A stretch of DNA of 64,000 nucleotides, from assembly GCA_021850805.1 (NCBI GenBank), contig JAJZKO010000004.1:8336-72335 (forward strand). Reading direction: 5' to 3'. This document shows, one piece after another, positions 28,565-37,384 of the stretch; position 1 is the first letter of the stretch, and each line of letters begins with the position of its first letter. Source of the DNA: Candidatus Micrarchaeota archaeon. Lineage in GTDB: Archaea > Micrarchaeota > Micrarchaeia > Micrarchaeales > CABMGC01. Both the position numbers and the translations under genes were made by a program. Below the pieces are notes generated by a model. It worked only from the letters and a program-made list of their open reading frames with translations, did not search any database and was not told where the DNA came from.

Positions 28565-30352
28565 ATGGTTAATTCCTACGAAAGGGATTATGCATTTCTG
28601 TCTAATGGCTTTACCTCAATCATAGAGCTGAATGGCTCTGTGGAATGGTTCCCATGCCCGAGGTTCGATTCGCCCTCCATATTCTCAAGCCTGCTTGATG
28701 ATTCAAAGGGCGGGCATTTCTCCATAAGGCCCGAGAACGCCGAATATTCAATAAAATCCAATTATCTGGATAACAGCCTTGTTCTCCAAAACGAATTTTC
28801 CACCGAGAAAGGAAAAATAAACATTACAGATTTTATGCCTCTGGGGGTAATAGGAATATCCCGCATATACGAATCTTCGATTCCATTCATAGCGGAGATA
28901 AAGCCAGCATTCGAATACGGCCTCATAGCCCCATCAATAGAGGAGGTTGAAGGCGGTATGGTCTTCAAGAATACCAAGTCAAAGGAGGGCTTCGAGATAA
29001 GCATAAAGGGAGATTACGAGATACTTGACGAAGGAGTCGTACGCATAAAGCCAGGAAAGGGCTATCTCTTTGGCCTTTACTCAAGAGACATGAAGTATGG
29101 CCTTTTCGGCACCGGAAGCTCTGTGTACAACGATCCTTATGAATCCCTTGCATTCTCACTAAGGTATTGGAGCGAGCAGATACCGAAAAGCAAGAGGATA
29201 GAAGAACTGCAGGAAACAAAGTTGAAGGCTGTGTATTACAGGTCCTTGTCGGTAATCCTGGGTCTCATATACCTGCCATCAGGTGCTGCAGTGGCAGCAG
29301 CTACTGCATCATTCCCTGAAATATTCGGAAAGTCACGGAACTGGGATTACAGGTACACCTGGGTCAGAGACGCATCATTTGCTGCGGAGGCCCTTACAAA
29401 AGCAGGCAACCTCTCCAAGGCAAAGCGCATAATAAGCTTCCTGATAAGCGTCATAGATCCCGGGTCGTCCAAGAGTTTTGACCATCCACTGTATTCCATA
29501 GACGGAACGTATCCACAGGCAGAGGAAGTTCTTAATTGGCTTAAGGGGCACAAGAAATCGAAACCAGTAAGGATAGGCAACGAAGCGTATACACAGGTGC
29601 AGAAGGACATAGAGGGCGAATTTGCCAGCGCCTTTTACACATACATACAGAACTCCGGAGATATAACTTATCTCAACGAGAACTGGTGGGCAATAGAGTC
29701 AATAGCTAAATATACAAAAAATTCCTGGAAATCAAAGTCGGTAAGCCTTTGGGAAGAGAGGGCGCACGGAGAGAGCTATGTACACACCAAGGTAATGGAA
29801 TGGACGGCGCTCGACAGGGCTTACAAGCTTGCCCTTATAGCAGGGGAAACGGATTCCGCAGAAGATTGGAAAGCAGCAAGCAAAGAGATAAGGGATGAAG
29901 TACTTACACAAGGAATATCAGAAAAACAAAAATGTTTCGTAAACTATTACGGATCAGAAGAGGTTGACGCGGCGCTCCTGACACTGCCAATCTACGATTT
30001 TGTAAAAGCTGACGACCCGATATTCCTGGCGACCTTGAAGAAGATAGAAAAGGATCTCTCAATAGGCGATGGAATGTATATACGTTACCGGAACGACTTC
30101 ATAGGGGAAGTGGCACATCCGTTCACGCTCATAAATACATGGATGTCAAGAGTATACACTAGGCTTGGGGAAAACCACAAGGCTATAGAAGTCCTATCAC
30201 GCCTTGCAGAGCACTCAATGAGCCTTAACCTATTTTCCGAGCACGTTGAGCAATCGACTAGAGAGCCAAGGGGAAACTTCCCGCAACTTTTCCCCCACGC
30301 CGGATTCGTAGATGCACTTACCGAATATAAGGAGAAGTTCCACAGCCCATAG
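28565..30352 (+). CDS. GH15 glycoside hydrolase (trehalase/glucoamylase type)
   Basis: PRFDSPSIF, RNWDYRYTWVRD, LWEER, GNFPQLF.H. Confidence 0.92.
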   Translation: MVNSYERDYAFLSNGFTSIIELNGSVEWFPCPRFDSPSIFSSLLDDSKGGHFSIRPENAEYSIKSNYLDNSLVLQNEFSTEKGKINITDFMPLGVIGISRIYESSIPFIAEIKPAFEYGLIAPSIEEVEGGMVFKNTKSKEGFEISIKGDYEILDEGVVRIKPGKGYLFGLYSRDMKYGLFGTGSSVYNDPYESLAFSLRYWSEQIPKSKRIEELQETKLKAVYYRSLSVILGLIYLPSGAAVAAATASFPEIFGKSRNWDYRYTWVRDASFAAEALTKAGNLSKAKRIISFLISVIDPGSSKSFDHPLYSIDGTYPQAEEVLNWLKGHKKSKPVRIGNEAYTQVQKDIEGEFASAFYTYIQNSGDITYLNENWWAIESIAKYTKNSWKSKSVSLWEERAHGESYVHTKVMEWTALDRAYKLALIAGETDSAEDWKAASKEIRDEVLTQGISEKQKCFVNYYGSEEVDAALLTLPIYDFVKADDPIFLATLKKIEKDLSIGDGMYIRYRNDFIGEVAHPFTLINTWMSRVYTRLGENHKAIEVLSRLAEHSMSLNLFSEHVEQSTREPRGNFPQLFPHAGFVDALTEYKEKFHSP

Positions 30353-30366
30353 GCAAGTAGATCAGC

Positions 30367-31785
30367 CTACCCCTTAACTACCCCTATGGGAACGTTTCTC
30401 GAGACCAGCGAGGCAAGTCCTGCTCCAGAAACTACCCCTACAACATCATCTATATCTTTGTAGACCCACTCTGCCTCTTCACTTACCAACTTCCTGCTCT
30501 TGATCCTCAGTTCTATACCTTTCTGCTCCATCGATTCGAAAGTCCTGCTCTGCGGTATCTCGCGCAAGGCCCTGTGCCTTGACATTACCCTTCCTGCTCC
30601 ATGGCACGCAGATCCGAAAGTTTCATCCAGTGCACCTTCCGCACCGCATAGTATGTAACTGGCGGTACCCATGCTGCCTGGTATAAGAACAGGTTGCCCG
30701 AAAGAGATATAGGATTTAGGGACGTCTTTTGAACCTTTAGGAAGCGAGCGTGTCGCGCCCTTCCTGTGTACATACAATTTCTTCCTGGAACCTCCTACCT
30801 TGTGCTCTTCAAGTTTCACTATGTTGTGTGCAACATCGTATAACACCTGCATGCCCATCTCATCTGCACTCTTCCCAAAAACCTTCTCAAATGATCTCCT
30901 AACCGAGTCTGTAATCAGCTGCCTGTTAGAGAATGCAAAATTGACTGCGCACTTCATTGCCTTGATGTAACTCTCTGCTTCCTTGCTTCCTACATAGGCA
31001 TAGCTTAACTCGGGGTCTTCAAGGGCAATCCCCTTCCTACTGCGGTATTCTGCGAGTTCCATAAGGTAATCTGTACATATCTGATGCCCAAACCCACGTG
31101 AGCCTGTATGTACCATAACAACCACCTGATCCCTGAAAAGGCCGAAGGCCTCTGCTGTGCGTTCATCAAATAGCTGCTCAACTTTCTGCAGCTCAAGGAA
31201 ATGGTTGCCTGCCCCTAGCGTACCAATCTGGTTAAGCCCCCTCTTTTTTGCAAAGCTGCTAACCGCGCCAAAATCTGCACCCTCCATAAATCCCCCTTCT
31301 TCTATGAATTTCGGATCGGAATCAAACCCGTATCCCTTCTCTATGAGGTAACCTATCCCTTCCTCGCTGACTCTCTTTAGATCGGCTTCCCCAAATCCTA
31401 TATTATTCTTGCTGCCAACACCGCTTGGAACATTGGTGAACAACGAATCAAGAAGGCGGCCAATAGACCCTTTTATTTCAGAGTGCCTGAATGAGGTAAG
31501 TATCACCCGTACTCCGCAGTTTATATCATACCCAACCGCACCAGGCGATATTATCCCATCATCAGCATCGAATGCCGCGACGCCTCCGACAGGGAACCCG
31601 TAACCTTCATGGCCATCCGGCATGACAATTACATCCTCAACAAGGCCGGGCAGGTGTGACGCATTCAATGCCTGCTTGAGCGTCTCGTCCCCTTTCATTA
31701 TATCCATCATGCGACTATTCGAATACACCTTAACCCGCGAAGAATCTATCCTAAACCTGAATTCATCAAGCTTCTTTACAATCAT
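30367..31785 (-). CDS. rtcB: RtcB tRNA-splicing ligase
   Basis: MPDGHEGYGFPVG, DINCG, GNHF, HTGSRG, HRKGA, SACHGAGR. Confidence 0.96.
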   Translation of the reverse strand: MIVKKLDEFRFRIDSSRVKVYSNSRMMDIMKGDETLKQALNASHLPGLVEDVIVMPDGHEGYGFPVGGVAAFDADDGIISPGAVGYDINCGVRVILTSFRHSEIKGSIGRLLDSLFTNVPSGVGSKNNIGFGEADLKRVSEEGIGYLIEKGYGFDSDPKFIEEGGFMEGADFGAVSSFAKKRGLNQIGTLGAGNHFLELQKVEQLFDERTAEAFGLFRDQVVVMVHTGSRGFGHQICTDYLMELAEYRSRKGIALEDPELSYAYVGSKEAESYIKAMKCAVNFAFSNRQLITDSVRRSFEKVFGKSADEMGMQVLYDVAHNIVKLEEHKVGGSRKKLYVHRKGATRSLPKGSKDVPKSYISFGQPVLIPGSMGTASYILCGAEGALDETFGSACHGAGRVMSRHRALREIPQSRTFESMEQKGIELRIKSRKLVSEEAEWVYKDIDDVVGVVSGAGLASLVSRNVPIGVVKG

Positions 31786-32018
31786 AATCCCGCCAAATTA
31801 CACATAAGAATAACAATAATTCAAACAGCCAAATAATCACTATACATCCTTCAATATCTATATAACATTGCATTTACAATCTGCCTGCATCTAATGCAGT
31901 GAATTTTATTTTCGGACCACTTCTACCATAGACAATACCGATTAGGGTAAGTATTAAATATGAGAAATGCCTACATAAATTAAGCTTTTAAACATTGTAT
32001 ATTAAGTACTATGTTTAT

Positions 32019-32115
32019 GCAGGGATGGCGGAGCCAGGTCAAACGCGGCAGACTCAAGATCTGTTGACTTAGGTCTGCGGGAGTTCAATAACAAGAACAA
32101 ATCTCCCTCCCTGCA
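32019..32115 (+). tRNA. tRNA-Leu(CAA) with 12-nt intron in the T-loop (32089-32100)
   Basis: GCAGGGA/TCCCTGC acceptor, CAA at 32055-32057, long variable arm; T-loop TTCAA[TAACAAGAACAA]AT forms a bulge-helix-loop. Confidence 0.88.
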
Positions 32116-32138
32116 TTGCGTAGTTATGTGGTGATTAG

Positions 32139-32882
32139 TTGGTAACGAAAAAGAATCCAGAAACGAGAAAAAAGCCCCAGAAATTTGCGAAGAAGGTTGC
32201 AAAGAAAAGCATCTCCAAACACACAAAACCAAAGCCCAAACAGAAGTTGAAGGATTCGGTAATGCTTGACATACCTCTTTATCCGCAGACCGAGGAATTT
32301 ACCAGCTCTGCGGCTTCGGCAATGATGGTAATAAAGTATCTGAATCCTGCATATAAGCTCAGAAAAGAAGAAGAATTTGTGATATGGCAGGAAGCAGTCA
32401 ACGGCAGCGTATGGCACGGATCCAAATACGGTCTTGCATATGCGCTAGGCAAGAGGATAGGCGGCGTTGGGATAGTCAGTAACACGAAAGACGAAGGCTA
32501 TGAAAGGAAGCTTGCAGTATACGAGAACATAAATCTTGATACACTCACAGCATCATTCAATGAGATAAGGCAGAAATCCCAGACGCTAAATATCTCGGAA
32601 GAGCAGTCAGAGGTAACCACGTCAACAATAAAGAAAGCCCTCTCCAGCAACCAGATACCGATAGTCCTTATTGATGTCAAAGCAATAAATTCCATACCCG
32701 AACCATCCCCACACTGGGTGGTGGTGAAGGGCTACGATAAGGACGCATTCTACATAAACGACCCTTACTCAAACAGCACAATAAGCATAGACACCGAGGT
32801 ATTCAAGGCAGCCCTCGGGTTCGACAACGATAAGCATATGGTATATGTAGATTCAAGGGCAGCCAAAAGAAAGAAAGGCTGA
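32139..32882 (+). CDS. Peptidase C39-like (DUF3335-type) protein, catalytic Cys replaced
   Basis: PLYPQTEEFTSSAAS, PHWVVVKG and YINDP; Lys-rich N-terminal tail. Confidence 0.75.
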   Translation: MVTKKNPETRKKPQKFAKKVAKKSISKHTKPKPKQKLKDSVMLDIPLYPQTEEFTSSAASAMMVIKYLNPAYKLRKEEEFVIWQEAVNGSVWHGSKYGLAYALGKRIGGVGIVSNTKDEGYERKLAVYENINLDTLTASFNEIRQKSQTLNISEEQSEVTTSTIKKALSSNQIPIVLIDVKAINSIPEPSPHWVVVKGYDKDAFYINDPYSNSTISIDTEVFKAALGFDNDKHMVYVDSRAAKRKKG

Positions 32883-32900
32883 CACCAATCAGATAAATAG

Positions 32901-33644
32901 CTATTCTTCTATGTACGGTGCAAGGAAATAGGTTATCTGCGCATCTCCTATGGGATAGCTGACTTTTAATGGCTCATTAGTCTTAAGCGATATATTAATG
33001 GGCACTCCTGCAGGGCATGATTTTACCATATTCTCAAGGAACTCCAAGTTAAATACCGAATCTGCGTTCTTTGTAGCTGACACCTTCTTCGTCACTGCAC
33101 CATCCGCCTGATGCTGTTCCTCAAGCTCTCCTGAATCTCCTCTTGCACTTATTCCAAAATGATCTTTTGAAGCCCTCAATGAGATGTAAGAAGATATCAG
33201 ACTTGCATCCTTTATTATCTCCCTAAGCGCATCCCCTCCAATCTCTATATTCGCATCGAATTCTATCGATGGCTCCTTCTCTGCGCCCTTTCTGGCTTCC
33301 ACCATCTGCATAACATATCTCCTGCTCCCGTTCTGGCTTATAAACTCAAAGACGACCTTATTCCCGCTGTCCTTCATGACAAGGGATTCGTTGTCCCTGG
33401 CCCTTGAGAGTATCTTGCTCAGGTTCTCCAGATTAAGGCCTATATTCGCATCCTTGTCTATCTTAAACTTGGTGAATGCCTTATTAGGTATGAAAAAAGA
33501 TACCATGCTTATGCTTGAAGGATCCATGGCCTTAAGCCCGATGCCCTCCTTGCTTATGTTAAAAATACCCTCATCAACAAGGCTTACTATGGACGAAACA
33601 CAGTCTCTCCAATATCTTGCGTTGCTGAGTTCTAGTTCAAACAT
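32901..33644 (-). CDS. pcn: DNA sliding clamp PCNA
   Basis: KAMDPSSISMV and YFLAP; 247 aa. Confidence 0.95.
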   Translation of the reverse strand: MFELELSNARYWRDCVSSIVSLVDEGIFNISKEGIGLKAMDPSSISMVSFFIPNKAFTKFKIDKDANIGLNLENLSKILSRARDNESLVMKDSGNKVVFEFISQNGSRRYVMQMVEARKGAEKEPSIEFDANIEIGGDALREIIKDASLISSYISLRASKDHFGISARGDSGELEEQHQADGAVTKKVSATKNADSVFNLEFLENMVKSCPAGVPINISLKTNEPLKVSYPIGDAQITYFLAPYIEE

Positions 33645-33755
33645 AAAACCACATTATTATTGAACACGATAATAATAAATAACCTACTTATCGATAATAA
33701 ATCAGTAGAACCGGCTCCTCCAGGACCAAATCTGAAACCGAGTAATGGCCATAGT

Positions 33756-34562
33756 ATGATATGCATCATAGGATCTACTTACGATAAAGTCTCATCAGGA
33801 ATAATGCAGCACATATTCGAATCAATATCTATCAAGAATCCCGAAGTCGGGAAGCAATATACCTCCGGCAGCCTCATGATATACATGCATGACGGCCCTC
33901 TTACCGAATTCAGCCTTGAGATCCCGGAAGCTGATGTATTGTGCTTTGTAAGCAAGCATTCTAGCGCTGCACAGAAGGGTGCAATAACAACACATGCTAC
34001 AGGAAACTGGGGCAGCGATGCCTTACTAGGCGGGAAGCCAAGGTCCCTGTCAATGTCTGCGCCGCTTGAGATGCTCGCCTTCCTCTTGACTTCGTCCAGG
34101 GCGCAGCGAGGCTCTAGCGAAATAGATGTAACGTATGAGGCTACCCACCACGGCCCTCTTCTGTCAAAAAGTGCACTCTTTGTAGAGCTTGGCGGGAACA
34201 ATGATGTTGCCTCTTCAGACCATCTGCACATACAGATGGCAGAGGCAATACTGGAGTCGATGGACGAGGCGCGAAGCCAGGAATACAAAAAAGTGGTAAT
34301 AGGGATAAGCGGCACGCATTACCCTTCCAAATTCTCAAAGCTGGCTGTAGAAAAGAACTACGCCTTCTCACATATCCTTCCAAAACACCATGCATTTGAC
34401 GAGATTGGAGGGGAAAATCTCTCACTTCTCCGTCAGGCAGCCGAAAAGACCCCCATAAAGGTTGATTCTGCAGTTATCGAGTGGAAGAGCTTCAACTCGG
34501 TTTCCAGGGAAAAAATAATAAAAGCACTTGGAGAAATTGGATTAGATTACGAAAGAGTCTAG
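33756..34562 (+). CDS. dtdA: D-aminoacyl-tRNA deacylase (archaeal DTD2)
   Basis: SKHSS, THATGN, EATHHGP, FVELG, GTHY. Start set at ATG 33756. Confidence 0.9.
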   Translation: MICIIGSTYDKVSSGIMQHIFESISIKNPEVGKQYTSGSLMIYMHDGPLTEFSLEIPEADVLCFVSKHSSAAQKGAITTHATGNWGSDALLGGKPRSLSMSAPLEMLAFLLTSSRAQRGSSEIDVTYEATHHGPLLSKSALFVELGGNNDVASSDHLHIQMAEAILESMDEARSQEYKKVVIGISGTHYPSKFSKLAVEKNYAFSHILPKHHAFDEIGGENLSLLRQAAEKTPIKVDSAVIEWKSFNSVSREKIIKALGEIGLDYERV

Positions 34563-34571
34563 GCGCACGAA

Positions 34572-35090
34572 ATGAAGGCATTGGTATTTGTAACCCAAAA
34601 GGATTTCAAGGACGAGTCTCTCTCTGCTATAAGAAGATCATTACAGAAATGGGATGTGGAAGTTGTGGTCTCATGTACTAAAAAAGGCGAGGTTTACGGA
34701 TACCACGGCGCCTCATACCATGTTGATACCACTCTTCTCGAGGTTAGTGCATCCGATTATGCATGCATAATACTAATAGATGGTCCTGGAATAAGTGCGC
34801 TCTCAGGGGAGATGCGCCAGGTAAGTGAGACAGTGAGGAATTTCTACGGCGCAGGAAAAGTCGTATGCGCGATAAACAATGCAATAAAGATACTCGCAAA
34901 ATCCAATATAATAAAAGGGAAGGAGATATCCGAGCCAAAAGACAGCGAGACAGCCTCAATTGTAGGCCTATATGGCGGGGTGCTTACAAAAAACAAGGTA
35001 GAAAGCGACGGTGGAATAATCACTGCAGGAAATCCTGATGAGGCATCAGAGCTTGCCGATGTCATGCTAAAAGCGGTAAAGGCAAAGTAG
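34572..35090 (+). CDS. DJ-1/PfpI family protein, catalytic residues degenerate
   Basis: Fold motifs kept (GKVVCAI, VESDGGIITAG) but AICH reads AINN. Confidence 0.8.
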   Translation: MKALVFVTQKDFKDESLSAIRRSLQKWDVEVVVSCTKKGEVYGYHGASYHVDTTLLEVSASDYACIILIDGPGISALSGEMRQVSETVRNFYGAGKVVCAINNAIKILAKSNIIKGKEISEPKDSETASIVGLYGGVLTKNKVESDGGIITAGNPDEASELADVMLKAVKAK

Positions 35091-35396
35091 TCAGCGAAAT
35101 ATATGCCTTTCAGCTCCGCAAGCGCATTTGTATACTATATAACCTTTGCTGCTGGACAGCCTCACCGTGCATGTCTCTCCAGGGATGAGTACGTCGCCAC
35201 ATCCTTTGCATATGGAATCCTTAAGCCTCTTCGGCATCTTTACCTTATAGTGCCTGCTTATGGACCTGGCTATCTCAACATATCTCTTCCTGAAAGCCTG
35301 TGAGCCGCAGGTTATCTCCCTTGATTTAGCCAATTCAATAAGCCCTTCAATCCTTTCTGCCGCAATCTCCTTGACAAACTGGGATCCCTTCTTCAT
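35091..35396 (-). CDS. rnp4: RNase P protein component 4 (Rpp21)
   Basis: IAAERI..L, RYV.IA, CKGC..LIPG, CACG. Confidence 0.9.
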   Translation of the reverse strand: MKKGSQFVKEIAAERIEGLIELAKSREITCGSQAFRKRYVEIARSISRHYKVKMPKRLKDSICKGCGDVLIPGETCTVRLSSSKGYIVYKCACGAERHIFR

Positions 35397-35399
35397 GTG

Positions 35400-35717
35400 T
35401 TAAACCTCAACAATTATCTCTCCGCTTGAGGCGTCCGCATAAGCCGCGTAGGATCCTATATCTGTAGCCCAGTGGGTATTATCATTCGCCTTGCCGGTCT
35501 TTATGTCAAAAGCTGCAGCGTGAAGAGGGCATATGACCTCGCAGCCATCAACATATCCTTCACTAAGCGATCCGCCCTCATGCGTACATTTGTCGTCAAG
35601 TGCGTATGGGGTGCCTTCCTTTAAAGTTATAAGAATCCTCTTGCCTCCAGCTTCAAAAGCCCTGAGCTCCCCATCTTTTAATTCAGATATCCTGATCCCG
35701 GTATTATACTTGGCCAT
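35400..35717 (-). CDS. Rieske-type [2Fe-2S] ferredoxin
   Basis: CTH...L..G....CPLH...FD..TG. Confidence 0.92.
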   Translation of the reverse strand: MAKYNTGIRISELKDGELRAFEAGGKRILITLKEGTPYALDDKCTHEGGSLSEGYVDGCEVICPLHAAAFDIKTGKANDNTHWATDIGSYAAYADASSGEIIVEV

Positions 35718-35729
35718 GGCAACATCTCA

Positions 35730-35817
35730 TGGGCCCGGAGAGATTTGAACTCTCGACCTACGGCTTTCTTAATTCCTATATAAGACCGTCGCTCTGACCA
35801 GGCTGAGCTACGAGCCC
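35730..35817 (-). tRNA. tRNA-Ile(UAU) with 13-nt intron at 37/38 (35766-35778)
   Basis: GGGCTCG/CGGGCCC acceptor; ACGGT-CT-TAT-A|TAGGAATTAAGAA|A-GCCGT; CUUA/UAAG central helix. Confidence 0.88.
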
Positions 35818-35883
35818 AAGTATTAAATATCACTTACGCAAGCAAAATATAAATACTGGCATAAACTTTTAAAAGGCTTGCAT

Positions 35884-37179
35884 ATGGATCTCGGCGAAGG
35901 GTTAAGGAAAGCTTTGGCAAAACTGTCTGGCGCAACGATAATAGACGCGAAGACCATAAGGGAATTCACAAAGGAGATGCAGAAGGCCCTAATTTCCTCT
36001 GATGTGGACCTGAATCTAGTCCTTAAGATAACCAATAAGATAGAAGAGGCGGCGCTGAAGCAGAAGATACCACAGGGCCTATCGCCAAAGAACTACATAA
36101 CAAATATGGTGTATGAGGAGCTGGTAAGCCTAATGGGCGAGACATACGAACCCCAGATCAAGCCGAAAAGAATACTCCTTGCAGGAATCTACGGCTCTGG
36201 GAAGACAACGTCAGCAGCAAAGCTTGCCAAGTTCTATCAGGACAGGGGCCTTGGGACAGGGCTTATCTGCTGCGATACATCCAGGCCTGCTGCTTACGAA
36301 CAACTCAAAACGCTTGCCGAGCAGGCAAACGTAAGCTTCTATGGCGAAAAGGACGGAAAGGACATAGCATCTATAGTAAAGAATGGGCTGGAAGCGCTCA
36401 AGCAAAAGAAAGTCATAATATGCGATTCCGGAGGGCGCAGCGCAATAGACCACAACCTTATAGAAGAACTGAATCTCATAAACAAGACCTTCAGGCCTGA
36501 AGAGAAAATACTGGTACTCAATGCGGACATAGGGCAGGTAGCAGGCAAGCAGGCCGAAGAATTCAACAGGGCAATAGGGATAACAGGAGTGATAGTGACA
36601 AAGATGGACGGCTCGGGCCGCGGCGGTGGCGCACTAAGTGCAGTCAGCGCATCTCAATGCAAGATAAATTTCATAACAACAGGAGAGAAGCTCAAGGACA
36701 TAGAGCCATACGATTCAGGCAAATACATAGGCAGGCTCCTCGGGATACCAGACATAGAACTATTGATAAAGACCGTCAATGAATCCCTTGCAGAATCAGG
36801 GATAGAGAAGGACAGCGTAGATATGGAAAAGCTTACATTCGATACATTCTACAAGCAGCTAAAGGCCATGTCAAAAATGGGTCCGATGAAAAGCGTAATG
36901 GGGATGATGGGCCTCGTAGATCTACCTAAGGATGCTGTAGAGACAGGAGAGAAGAAGCTGAAGATCTACGAATCAATAATAAGCTCGATGACCAGAGAAG
37001 AGAAAAACGAGGAGGTTCAGCTGAGCCAGAGCAGGATAAAGAGGCTTGCCGCAGGCAGCGGAAGGACGGAGAAGGACGTACGAAGCATGATAAGCGACTT
37101 CAACAGGATGAGGAAACTCATAAACACATTCAAGAACGACAGGAACCTGAAGCGGAACTTCAAGTATGCGGCACAATAA
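35884..37179 (+). CDS. srp54: Signal recognition particle protein SRP54
   Basis: GSGKTTS.AKLA, DTSRPAAYEQL, TKMDGS..GGG and M domain (SMT..E, SRIKR.A.GSG). Confidence 0.95.
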   Translation: MDLGEGLRKALAKLSGATIIDAKTIREFTKEMQKALISSDVDLNLVLKITNKIEEAALKQKIPQGLSPKNYITNMVYEELVSLMGETYEPQIKPKRILLAGIYGSGKTTSAAKLAKFYQDRGLGTGLICCDTSRPAAYEQLKTLAEQANVSFYGEKDGKDIASIVKNGLEALKQKKVIICDSGGRSAIDHNLIEELNLINKTFRPEEKILVLNADIGQVAGKQAEEFNRAIGITGVIVTKMDGSGRGGGALSAVSASQCKINFITTGEKLKDIEPYDSGKYIGRLLGIPDIELLIKTVNESLAESGIEKDSVDMEKLTFDTFYKQLKAMSKMGPMKSVMGMMGLVDLPKDAVETGEKKLKIYESIISSMTREEKNEEVQLSQSRIKRLAAGSGRTEKDVRSMISDFNRMRKLINTFKNDRNLKRNFKYAAQ

Positions 37180-37207
37180 TAAAAAAAATAAAAAATAAAA
37201 AAATAAA
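37180..37207 (-). terminator. Oligo-T terminator
   Basis: Repeated T-tracts on the minus strand directly after the stop of the 18-aa ORF. Confidence 0.55.
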
Positions 37208-37264
37208 TTATCTCTTTACTTTCTTGCTACTTTTCTTTTTCTTTGCTGCTTTCTTGCTTGCCAT
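37208..37264 (-). CDS. 18-aa Lys-rich small protein MASKKAAKKKKSSKKVKR
   Basis: ATG..TAA frame with GTGA SD-like site, upstream AT-rich TATA elements and downstream T-tracts. Confidence 0.6.
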   Translation of the reverse strand: MASKKAAKKKKSSKKVKR

Positions 37265-37384
37265 CTTATTCACTGTTTAAATCCTTAACTTTAAAAATAT
37301 TTAAACAAATATAAATTATCCATAAATAGCCATATAACTACTTATATCAAAATAAAAAAGTTATATTGCAGTAAAAGTGATACT

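Noticed and set aside
31786-32018. Long AT-rich intergenic region as ncRNA or replication origin
   Set aside because: No strong stems, ORB-like repeats or adjacent cdc6 seen; divergent promoters explain it.
33645-33755. Possible C/D box sRNA between pcn and dtdA (CTGA present)
   Set aside because: No convincing box C.
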